In this document: positions 20,948 to 29,286 of the stretch, piece after piece
Position numbering within the stretch: the stretch's first letter is position 1
How the letters are laid out: every line of letters begins with the position of its first letter
NCBI GenBank assembly: GCA_964637185.1
Contig: CAZWVB010000002.1
Coordinates: 1,375 to 65,374, forward strand
Reading direction: 5' to 3'
Source of the DNA: an uncultured Candidatus Saccharibacteria bacterium
Lineage (GTDB): Bacteria > Patescibacteriota > Saccharimonadia > CAILAD01 > BJGX01
Length of the DNA stretch: 64,000 nt
Position numbers and translations under genes: made by a program
The notes under the pieces: model-generated
The model's input: only the letters and a program-made list of their open reading frames with translations
What the model was told of the DNA's origin: nothing
Database searches by the model: none

Positions 20948-22330
20948 TCAAATCTCCGGGTTACTCTTTAGCAAATCTTTGGCTAGTTCGCGATAATCCG
21001 ATTCTTTGGTATCTGGTTTTACCACGTCACCAATTACTGCTTTGAGCCACGATACATTTAGATTATTGGGTTCCTCGCTCAAAAAAATTGTTTCAAGCAT
21101 GACTCTTTGCATAGGCAAGGTATATGTGCCACCAAGGTCTTGTATGAAAAGCTCAAATAGTTTGCGACCTACAGCAAGGTTTTTTTGTGATGCAACTGAA
21201 AGTTTGGTATTAAATCTTGAATATGTCTCCACTTCCGAATATGCTGCGAGTGATTGTAGTATGCGTTCCGACATATTTTGATAGTAGGTGCTCTGCGCAC
21301 GGCCACCAACACGACTCACTGACAAACCTATATTGAGAGCCGGCCTGATACCTTGACGCATGGTCTTAAGGTCAAACACCAATTGACCATCGGCTGTCGA
21401 TATCATGTTGGTTGGGAAATACCCAGTCAAATCATCATTGGGCGTGGTAGCCACTGCAAAGGCAGTCAAACTCTTGCCGGTCTCGGCATTGAGTCCAGCC
21501 CTTTCTAGCAAGCTTGCGTGCACATAGAATAGATCGGCTGGATAACTTTCTCGCCCTGGCTGCATACCAAGTTGTAATGCCATTTCTCGATATACCTTGG
21601 CGTGAGTTGCTAGATCATCATAGACCACCATGACATCATTTTGCTGCCAATAATGTTCAGCCAGTGCACACCCAACAAAAGGCGCTAGGTATTGTAATAC
21701 TATATTGTCTAAGGCGTCGGCCACGACAATAATACTTCGATCCATTACGCCTGCTTGGTACAAACGAAAGGCTAATTTTTCAATATCTTGCTTGCGTTTG
21801 GCAATTTCTACAAATACAGCTATTGAATTGCTATTTTTTAAATGATGTATGGCTGCTTGGCTTAGCATACTTGATTTGCCAGCTTTGGCGTCACCAATCA
21901 CAGCTATCCTCTGGCCTTTGACAACTGGGAAAAGTGAATCGATGATTGTGACACCTGTTTCTAATTGTTGATTGACTAACCCTCGCTTATTGATTGGTAA
22001 CGCCTTGCCAAACACTGATTGCAAGACCAGCTCAGAACCCTTGTCTATTGACTCTTTTTGCAACAGGTCATAAACCTGATGGGTTTTCCCAAGTGTGTCT
22101 TTATTGATCTGCACTTGCAAGCTCCTAAACTGTGGCTTGATATGTTGGCTATCAATTCGTCCATCGGGAGTGAGCGAAAGGGCTTGAACAGTTTGTGCGC
22201 TTGCCTTGTGTACTAGAGCAGCAGCATTATCAGCCTGTATAGTCGCCTGTAAATGTATGCCTTCAATGGGCCCACTGGTCAGTATGTAGTCGTTGCTACT
22301 ATTTACTGATTGCTTTGTGCTCTCCTGCAT
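20948..22330 (-). CDS. F1-ATPase alpha-subunit-like P-loop protein. Divergent, 460 aa.
   Basis: GQRIAVIGDAKAGKSS (canonical GQRELIIGDRQTGKT). YLAPFVGCALAEHYW, VVYDDLATHAKVYREMALQLGMQPGRESYPADLFYVHASLLERAG match the alpha-subunit signature YLAPY.GCA.GE…[41 protein letters not shown]. Confidence 0.85.
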   Translation of the reverse strand: MQESTKQSVNSSNDYILTSGPIEGIHLQATIQADNAAALVHKASAQTVQALSLTPDGRIDSQHIKPQFRSLQVQINKDTLGKTHQVYDLLQKESIDKGSELVLQSVFGKALPINKRGLVNQQLETGVTIIDSLFPVVKGQRIAVIGDAKAGKSSMLSQAAIHHLKNSNSIAVFVEIAKRKQDIEKLAFRLYQAGVMDRSIIVVADALDNIVLQYLAPFVGCALAEHYWQQNDVMVVYDDLATHAKVYREMALQLGMQPGRESYPADLFYVHASLLERAGLNAETGKSLTAFAVATTPNDDLTGYFPTNMISTADGQLVFDLKTMRQGIRPALNIGLSVSRVGGRAQSTYYQNMSERILQSLAAYSEVETYSRFNTKLSVASQKNLAVGRKLFELFIQDLGGTYTLPMQRVMLETIFLSEEPNNLNVSWLKAVIGDVVKPDTKESDYRELAKDLLKSNPEI

Positions 22331-22331
22331 A

Positions 22332-23183
22332 TCAAACTCCTATTATTATGTATACGCCAGCAAAGGCGGCAAAGATTATTATTACTACTGCTAATATCAC
22401 TTGACCTAGACTGCGAAGTACAGCTGGTTTGGCCAGCGGATTGCGGCCTATGGAGCGTATGCTAGAAGTGACGGCCGAAAATAGCACTACCATAGCCGCG
22501 ATTGTCGATATCACTACCACCGCAAACGCCGCAGCGGCACGGATCGGTGTAAGCTTTTTACCAGCCAGGTTTGAACTAAGTGCTTGCAGACCAGTTAGCG
22601 CATTGTTGCCAGATTGGCTACCAGTCGGCTGGTATTGCCCAAGTTGAATATCAGAGTTAATTAGACCAATATCATAGCTGTGATTATCACCTTTGTTATC
22701 TGTTAGCTGACGACTGGTTTTGTTTTCCATATCGCTACTGCTAGACCTAGCAATGCCTACCAAAGTACCACTAGTTGTAGCTTTCATCGCCACCCCATCA
22801 ATAGGTGATAGAGTCAAACTATCACCAGGGCTGATTGGACCATTGATGTTACTTACCAAGATTTTGCTTGGTCCAGAGCTAGTCACCTGTACATTGCTAC
22901 CTGTCGGACTTACTGAGACGACGCCCTGCGTCACAGTACTAGTCACACCTACAATAGGTTGATTATTTTGGAGCGAGGCCGTCTCAACATTGGTCTGGCT
23001 GTTAGTAGCCAAGCTTACAATGGATCCAGCCGATATTGCGACTGAAGATGTATAGCCCTGAGTCACATTAGCAGCTACCGCCGGTACAGCAAAGAACATG
23101 CCTACAGCTACCATGGCACCCAACAACCTTATTCGAAACCAGCAAAACACCTGAGAACATGTGTTCTGCGAAACACTACTCAT
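22332..23183 (-). CDS. Signal-anchored Ser/Thr-rich ectodomain protein. Its C-terminal two-helix hairpin resembles an ATP-synthase c subunit but lacks the conserved carboxylate.
   Basis: N-terminal hydrophobic segment LLGAMVAVGMFFAVPAVAAN. About 190 aa of S/T/N/Q-rich sequence. C-terminal hairpin AAAAFAVVVISTIAAMVVLFSAVTSS-IRSIGRNPLAKPAV-LRSLGQVILAVVIIIFAAFAGVYIIIGV, with a polar loop (RNP) like the c-subunit RQP loop but no Asp/Glu in helix 2. It is immediately upstream of the alpha-like gene. Confidence 0.55.
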   Translation of the reverse strand: MSSVSQNTCSQVFCWFRIRLLGAMVAVGMFFAVPAVAANVTQGYTSSVAISAGSIVSLATNSQTNVETASLQNNQPIVGVTSTVTQGVVSVSPTGSNVQVTSSGPSKILVSNINGPISPGDSLTLSPIDGVAMKATTSGTLVGIARSSSSDMENKTSRQLTDNKGDNHSYDIGLINSDIQLGQYQPTGSQSGNNALTGLQALSSNLAGKKLTPIRAAAAFAVVVISTIAAMVVLFSAVTSSIRSIGRNPLAKPAVLRSLGQVILAVVIIIFAAFAGVYIIIGV

Positions 23184-23232
23184 AGCTCTTATGCTACACT
23201 TTTTGGGCTAACTTTTCCAGTTGGAGTTGGAA

Positions 23233-23853
23233 CTACTTCCTAGTTTTGCCGGCTAGTTTTAGTATCAGCTCAATCAGAACGCCTAGCACACCGCCTAATA
23301 TCAGTAGTACCAATAGTAGCCAGTTCGGTAGCGGGTAACCATAGACTCGTGCTGCAAAATACACTACTAGTCCCATGCCTATGCCAACAACTGCGCCACC
23401 GATCAGTACGGAAGGACGCAGTATTGTTTTTTCGGCAGCATTACTAACTGTTTCTACAACAGGATTGTGAACAACTTTGGAAAAAGCCCTACTGCCAGCT
23501 GGCAACTGTGTTTGTATTTTGCCAAGTTCTTTTTTGTAGACGCGTTTTTGCTCGGCTTTGGTCAAAGGCGTCTTTGGCTTTTTCTCAACTTCCTTAGCTT
23601 TTTCAGACTTCTTTTCTTCGGCTTCTTTGGATTTTTCCTGCTTACGAGCTAGATCAGACTCTTTTTTCTCCAATTCCGCTTTTATCTTGCGTTCAGCAGC
23701 TTCTCCCTTGCGGGCTAGATCAGCTTCGTCACGTTTTTGTTCAGCCTTAGATTTTTCAGCTGATCGATTACGCTCAAGACTTTCGGAGCTACTTTTGGAT
23801 AGCTTAGCCTCAGATTCTTGTCGTTCTACTAATTTCTCTTCATCCGCCGCCAT
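23233..23853 (-). CDS. K/E-rich coiled-coil protein with two C-terminal transmembrane helices.
   Basis: 206 aa. About 110 aa of charged low-complexity sequence (EKKESDLARKQEKSKEAEEKKSEKAKEVEKK), then VLIGGAVVGIGMGLVVYFAARVY and LLLVLLILGGVLGVLIELILKLAGKTRK. The start overlaps the stop of the upstream gene by 1 nt. Confidence 0.5.
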   Translation of the reverse strand: MAADEEKLVERQESEAKLSKSSSESLERNRSAEKSKAEQKRDEADLARKGEAAERKIKAELEKKESDLARKQEKSKEAEEKKSEKAKEVEKKPKTPLTKAEQKRVYKKELGKIQTQLPAGSRAFSKVVHNPVVETVSNAAEKTILRPSVLIGGAVVGIGMGLVVYFAARVYGYPLPNWLLLVLLILGGVLGVLIELILKLAGKTRK

Positions 23854-26210
23854 TACTTGCCGCCTCCCTCATTTAGTGTTTCTAGTAAATCTAGCTCACG
23901 CTTCATGAGACGATTCTTAAGCAGTAAGAATATCGACATGGCAGCAAGTAAGCCCATCACTATCAGACTAGCCGCTGCGCCTGTTCGCGGTAATTGAGCA
24001 GCAGTACAGTCAAGCCTCTTGGCTGGGTTCACACTAATCGGAGTCACCACTACATTGCCCTCAAATCGATCTTCCATCTGACAATCGTAGTTCTGATTAT
24101 CGGTTGGCTTTTGTGCAGTTGTTGGGATTGGATCTTTGACTTGTACGGTAAAGCTCTTAGTGATATATGTCGGATCATTTGGGTTGGTACTGACAGGTAT
24201 GTCTACAGCAGGCCAGACCAGTGAAGTTCTTGTAGCTTCTACTTTCAACTCCGCGCCGCCTTTATCTATCACATCGGCATACATGATGATATCTGAGATA
24301 TCGTCTTTGAATATATAGCCTTTGATGGGAGCAGTACCTATATTGGCAAGACCAATAGTATAGGTTAGCTTGTCTCCTGCTCTAGCCGTAGCACCGTTAG
24401 CATCAGTCGGTTTACCATCACTTGTCAATATGGTTAGATTCTTGACAGTCTTGCGGAACACATGCTGCTCAAACTTCAGTGGTAGCGTACAGGTCGGCTT
24501 GCTAGAAGTCACTGACCCATCAGCTCCAACAACTGTTACTTTGGCTGTATAGCTACCTCCATTCTGATAAGTGTGCTTGATATCTTTGATCTCAAGAGCG
24601 CCACTTGTCACTGTTTGCTTGCCACCATCTCCGAAGTCAAACTGGTATTCCTTGATAGTGGTGTTGAGCGCACCTCCTCGAGCTGTGAAATTGACGTCTA
24701 CAGGAACAGTATCACTGGTGGTGGGTGTGCCAGTGAGACTGACACAAGTAATATCTTTCGGCTGAGGTGTGACTACAAAAGGTACTCCACAGCTTGGCCT
24801 GTCTGGTGCAGGATTGCCGTTCACGCTATCATACACTCGTAATAGTATCAGATAACTACCTGGAGCGGTGGTTTCAAACTGAGTCGCACTAAAACCGGCT
24901 GGATTCTGAGAATTTGCTAATGGGTCTACCAGGGTATTTTGGGTTGGGAAGGTGTGGATTATTCTTGATTTTGCTTCTTGATATGTTTTGCCGTTTTGCG
25001 TATACGTCGGCCCTGCTGTGCCTGCGGGCACCTCCTTGAGGTATAAGTATTCAAATTTTCGAGCGAATACATCTGGTCCAATTTGCCCTTCTTGGAGCGC
25101 TGTACCTTTGATAAATGGTGTAAATGGTGCTTGGAACGTAAAGTTGTTGTTCTGATTGGCCATGTCCAGCCCACCACACACTAGGGTCTTAGGAGCCTGC
25201 ACCTGTACATCTCGCGAACATTCTCCTGTACCACTTCCGGAGGCAAAATATTTAACGCCATTTACATCGAAGAACACTACTAATCTGATCTGATAATTAC
25301 CAGGCTGATTGAATTTGAAAACCCTGAGTGTACCGTCTTCAAAAACTCCAGGCGACTTTTGACCAACGCCACTTGCGGATTGAAGTGGTGGGCTCACTTG
25401 GCTATCAGTAACCAGTTGGCCATCCTTGTACACTCCATACGCCATATCAACCAATTCACCTGGATCCACATTCTGACCATTGGCATAACCTCTATAGCCA
25501 ATCTCTGATCCAGCCGCGATAGGCCCAGGCACAGTGTAATTTAATGAGGCACAGCTAATTTCCTTGGGTGGTGGAGGTGGTGGTACTGGCAAAAGAATAA
25601 TATTACCACATTCTAGGATGACTCCCCACTGATACCATCCTTCAGGTATGCCAGGCCCACCATCTGTTACGTGGACAATTTGGCTTGGATCAGTACCACC
25701 CATAAGCGCATTAAAACATATACCGTCATTGGCATTTGGATTACCCCAGCGATGTACCGATGATCCTACCCAAATATTTGGCTGCCATTCTACTGAAGTG
25801 TTGCCACCATCTTGGCTACGACCCATGGAAATCCAGTTGTCACCCTCACGTGCGCCCCCTCCGTTTGGGCCACAAACTGAGACTCCAGCTGCCTGCATCT
25901 TTTCTCGGCTGATACCAAGCCGACCAAAAACTTGATTAATTCCGTCACGATTCTGATCCCAAACCGCCGATATAAGCGAGTCTTTATTGAAAGGGGCACC
26001 TGTTATCAGGTCAAAGGGGCTTGCTGCAAAGCTTGGTTTGGGCGGAGCTAGAAGTGTAAATATTTGGAACAGCAAAAGCCCGATAATAAATATGCTAGCG
26101 ATACGTCTGGTAGCAGTCTCGGCTACTAGACGTTTTATATAGTAACCAATACGATCTGGTGACAGTCGCCCAGCAGACACCGAAGTCACAATATCTTTAA
26201 AGTTTATCAA
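23853..26210 (-). CDS. LPXTG (LPRTG) cell-surface protein with PKD-like and DUF11-like repeat domains.
   Basis: 785 aa. N-terminal signal-anchor (IASIFIIGLLLFQIFTLLAPP). PPPPPP linker. PKD-type motif (YQFDFGDGG…TYQNGGSYTAKVTVV). DUF11-like segment (LTYTIGLANIGTAPIKGY). C-terminus LPRTGAAASLIVMGLLAAMSIFLLLKNRLMKRE. Confidence 0.7.
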   Translation of the reverse strand: MINFKDIVTSVSAGRLSPDRIGYYIKRLVAETATRRIASIFIIGLLLFQIFTLLAPPKPSFAASPFDLITGAPFNKDSLISAVWDQNRDGINQVFGRLGISREKMQAAGVSVCGPNGGGAREGDNWISMGRSQDGGNTSVEWQPNIWVGSSVHRWGNPNANDGICFNALMGGTDPSQIVHVTDGGPGIPEGWYQWGVILECGNIILLPVPPPPPPKEISCASLNYTVPGPIAAGSEIGYRGYANGQNVDPGELVDMAYGVYKDGQLVTDSQVSPPLQSASGVGQKSPGVFEDGTLRVFKFNQPGNYQIRLVVFFDVNGVKYFASGSGTGECSRDVQVQAPKTLVCGGLDMANQNNNFTFQAPFTPFIKGTALQEGQIGPDVFARKFEYLYLKEVPAGTAGPTYTQNGKTYQEAKSRIIHTFPTQNTLVDPLANSQNPAGFSATQFETTAPGSYLILLRVYDSVNGNPAPDRPSCGVPFVVTPQPKDITCVSLTGTPTTSDTVPVDVNFTARGGALNTTIKEYQFDFGDGGKQTVTSGALEIKDIKHTYQNGGSYTAKVTVVGADGSVTSSKPTCTLPLKFEQHVFRKTVKNLTILTSDGKPTDANGATARAGDKLTYTIGLANIGTAPIKGYIFKDDISDIIMYADVIDKGGAELKVEATRTSLVWPAVDIPVSTNPNDPTYITKSFTVQVKDPIPTTAQKPTDNQNYDCQMEDRFEGNVVVTPISVNPAKRLDCTAAQLPRTGAAASLIVMGLLAAMSIFLLLKNRLMKRELDLLETLNEGGGK

Positions 26211-26279
26211 TGAAGTACCCTCATTAGTATTTGTATTCGATTGTATTACGAATCATAAGCTGGTTGCAAGCCCTGGCGG

Positions 26280-28784
26280 CTAATTATGAGAACTGTCACG
26301 ACCCATACCGCTACTGACAGCCTGACCAACTTGTGGGTCGCCATAGCTCCCACTATCCAGACTATGCATTATCTCGGCTGCTACTTCGCTCTTGGGCCGG
26401 CCGTACTTGCTACGCGACAAATCCTTCATAGCCTGTAGTATCTCAGGGTTGGGAGTGCCGATAGGGGGCTGACAATCGAGTGAAAATGGTGTGGTCGGCA
26501 CACCATTGGCCATGATTTTAGCAACTAGCTTGAAATTGGGTATATTGATCAGATCGTGTTTGTCGAATTGTGGCTGGTACTGCTTCTCCATGTACTCGGC
26601 ATCATCAGTACCAACACGAAAGGACGTCAGTGAACCAACATTGCCAAACACGGCATCGCGGACCTGCTCATCCAACTGGCTAATAAACTGATTGGCAACT
26701 ATCAGGCTCAGGCGGTATTTGCGAGCTTCAGACAAAATGGTGGCAAAACTATCTGTGCTAAAATTCTGGAATTCATCGACATAGACCGAGAAGTCTGGTC
26801 GTTGTTCCTCGGGAGTATCAGCCCTACTCATGGCTGCCATCTGGAATTTGATGACCATAATCATACCCAGCAGCTTGGCGTTGAGATCACCAAGCAGACC
26901 TTTGCTGAGATTTACCAGCAATATTTTGTTGGTGTCCATCACCTCACGGAATTTGAATGCCGAGTGCTTCTGACCAATGATGTTACGCATGATCTCATTG
27001 TTGGCAAACGCACCGAATTTGGATACAAACCAGCCTAGCATCTCAGATTTGCTATGCGCATCAGTCTGAGCCATCTCGCCGGTCCAGAAATCCTGTACTG
27101 TCGGGTCAGTGACATAGCGGAATTTTTTCTTGAGATACTCGTCATCAGTAAACACTTTGGGTATCTCGATAAAAGTGCCGCCTTCTGGATCGGCCATCAC
27201 TGTAAGAGCGGCATTGCGAAACCAGTGTTCGTAGCGAGGCCCGATAATACCTTGATGCTGAGGGTCATACAGTTTGTACAACATTTGGATTGCTTCTTGG
27301 ATCAAGAAGTCCTTTTGCTCTGGCTTGTCTGGATCGTACTCCATCATATTAAATCCGAGCGGTACCTCGGTATCACCGGGGCTAAAGTAGATGACATCCT
27401 CTGCTCGCTCTGGTGGGATCATACCCAACATCTTCTCGGCAGTATCACCGTGAGGGTCGATAAAAGCAAACCCTTTGCCAGCCGCTGCATCTTGCAACAT
27501 CAGATTCTCTAGGAAGGTTGATTTACCAGTACCTGTTTGACCTATGACATACAGATGGCGTCGACGATCATTGTCACTCAGATAGATTGGGGTTTGGGTG
27601 GCACGATAAACATTGGTACCCAATAAGAGACCCGTCGCTGGCATGCCGCTCGGTGCAGCGATCTCCTTGGTGCCGCGTCGCTCTATCGGGGTAGCAAGCT
27701 CGAGCAACTCACTTGGTATATGAAATATAGTTGCGAGCTCGGCGGAGTTGAGAATTAACTGATGGGCAAAAAAAGTTTTCTCACGAAAAAAACGGAAAAT
27801 AAAGTTTGTCGCAAGCTCCTGTGGCGAGTCAGCTTTGACGAACTTAAAACGGTTAGCATCATACTGTGCCAATTGTGCAAAACCAAGTAGCATGTCCTGC
27901 AATATCAGCTTGGCTCGAGCAGGATCGTCTGAGCTAGCTACTAGCCGGATATTACACTCAAATGCCGGTAGACGCACCTTATCCTCCACCAGCTCGCCTC
28001 GTTTTTTGTCTAGCTCATTGGGTTCTTTGCTTTTCTTCTCATCTTCTTTTGTGCCAAGAGGTGATCGTATAACATCACCAGCAAAATCCAAAGCTTGTGG
28101 AGCAAATCCCTGTTTCTTTTTGGTGAAGTAATATTTGGCTCGACGATGTGCTCGTTTGACCCAACGGTAGGGGGCTGGACGTACCAATATTTGTATAGCC
28201 GCAGCATCACCAGCATCTAGATTGGACAAGCCAGCCAGCATGCCGGCGATCGCATCGCGCTCGGCGGTCTTATAAGTGCTGATGGGCAAGATGGCATCCT
28301 TAGCCAATTTGAGCTCACCGCCAGTCACACCGGCGATCTTGCTCACCTGGGAAAATAGATTGATTTCTTCTTTGCGTATCACCTGTACACCAGGGTAGCC
28401 TGCAGCTAAAGCTTTAGATATGGTGGATATCAAACTAGCCGGCACCGAAGTGTAAAAGTAGATCTGCTTGGCTTCTGCTATTATTTCAAATGCTATATGT
28501 CTACGGCCATAAACCTCAGCTTTTTCACTTACAATACCTGAGAGCAAATTGAACATCTGCTCCGCTCGAGACACGCTCTCTTTGATCATCTCACGTTCAT
28601 CACGATTTTGTGCTTCATTGATTTCTTGAGGTGGTAATTTTATCAAGAGTGGTACAAACTTCAACGAGCGCTCGACTTGCTTGCTGTGACGCACGATGCG
28701 ACGGTAGACGAAGAAACCAACAAAAATCAGTACTACCACAAACAGAGCAAACAAAACACTCATGAAGATCACAAATTGGTTCAT
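26280..28784 (-). CDS. Membrane-anchored P-loop NTPase of the VirD4/TraD/HerA-FtsK-like (AAA_10/TraG-D_C type) family.
   Basis: 834 aa. N-terminal TM helix (MNQFVIFMSVLFALFVVVLIFVGFFVY). Walker A HLYVIGQTGTGKSTFLENL followed by FIDPHGD. Walker B FSVYVDEFQNF. The architecture (TM helix + about 400-aa spacer + ATPase) resembles conjugative coupling proteins. The start overlaps the upstream gene by 4 nt. Confidence 0.6.
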   Translation of the reverse strand: MNQFVIFMSVLFALFVVVLIFVGFFVYRRIVRHSKQVERSLKFVPLLIKLPPQEINEAQNRDEREMIKESVSRAEQMFNLLSGIVSEKAEVYGRRHIAFEIIAEAKQIYFYTSVPASLISTISKALAAGYPGVQVIRKEEINLFSQVSKIAGVTGGELKLAKDAILPISTYKTAERDAIAGMLAGLSNLDAGDAAAIQILVRPAPYRWVKRAHRRAKYYFTKKKQGFAPQALDFAGDVIRSPLGTKEDEKKSKEPNELDKKRGELVEDKVRLPAFECNIRLVASSDDPARAKLILQDMLLGFAQLAQYDANRFKFVKADSPQELATNFIFRFFREKTFFAHQLILNSAELATIFHIPSELLELATPIERRGTKEIAAPSGMPATGLLLGTNVYRATQTPIYLSDNDRRRHLYVIGQTGTGKSTFLENLMLQDAAAGKGFAFIDPHGDTAEKMLGMIPPERAEDVIYFSPGDTEVPLGFNMMEYDPDKPEQKDFLIQEAIQMLYKLYDPQHQGIIGPRYEHWFRNAALTVMADPEGGTFIEIPKVFTDDEYLKKKFRYVTDPTVQDFWTGEMAQTDAHSKSEMLGWFVSKFGAFANNEIMRNIIGQKHSAFKFREVMDTNKILLVNLSKGLLGDLNAKLLGMIMVIKFQMAAMSRADTPEEQRPDFSVYVDEFQNFSTDSFATILSEARKYRLSLIVANQFISQLDEQVRDAVFGNVGSLTSFRVGTDDAEYMEKQYQPQFDKHDLINIPNFKLVAKIMANGVPTTPFSLDCQPPIGTPNPEILQAMKDLSRSKYGRPKSEVAAEIMHSLDSGSYGDPQVGQAVSSGMGRDSSHN

Positions 28785-29232
28785 GACTTATTCTCGGGTG
28801 ATGTATCAACATCTAAATTAAACCGTTTTTTCAAGTACGCTCTATTGAGCTCTTGTTGTGCACGCTCTTCTACTTCTGGGTCATCTTGGGTTTTGGCAAT
28901 TGTATCATCCACCACATCCACCCACTCTTTTTCGATCATGCCCACATCTTCAGCTGGAAGATTGGCAGTTTTTTGCTGAATTACAGCAGCAACCGGATCG
29001 CGTGATTGTTGATTGGTGACTACTTGAGATGCCGTTGGTTGCAATACCTGCGCTGTTGCAGGCGCTGGAGGAACTGTACTGGGCGCAGGCTGTTCAGCGG
29101 CCACTGGTGCTTGCTCAACACGCGTCGGCAACTGCTCAGAATTTGGAGCTTGCTCAGGCTTGATAGCACTGGGCACTTGCTCAACCGGCAGATTTAATTT
29201 TTTTTCATTGGAGTTGGTTGATGGAGGCATAA
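28781..29232 (-). CDS. Small Pro/Gln/Ala-rich protein with an acidic conserved C-terminus. Translationally coupled to the downstream P-loop ATPase.
   Basis: The ORF extends to 29467, but that would overlap the upstream L,D-transpeptidase gene by 180 nt. The internal ATG at 29232 (MPPSTNSNEKK…) removes the overlap. The C-terminus EKEWVDVVDDTIAKTQDDPEVEERAQQELNRAYLKKRFNLDVD ends 4 nt inside the ATPase start. Confidence 0.4.
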
Positions 29233-29286
29233 TACAGACAATTTCCCTATGCTGAATTATACCAGTTATGGTTGTAGCTTGTGAAG

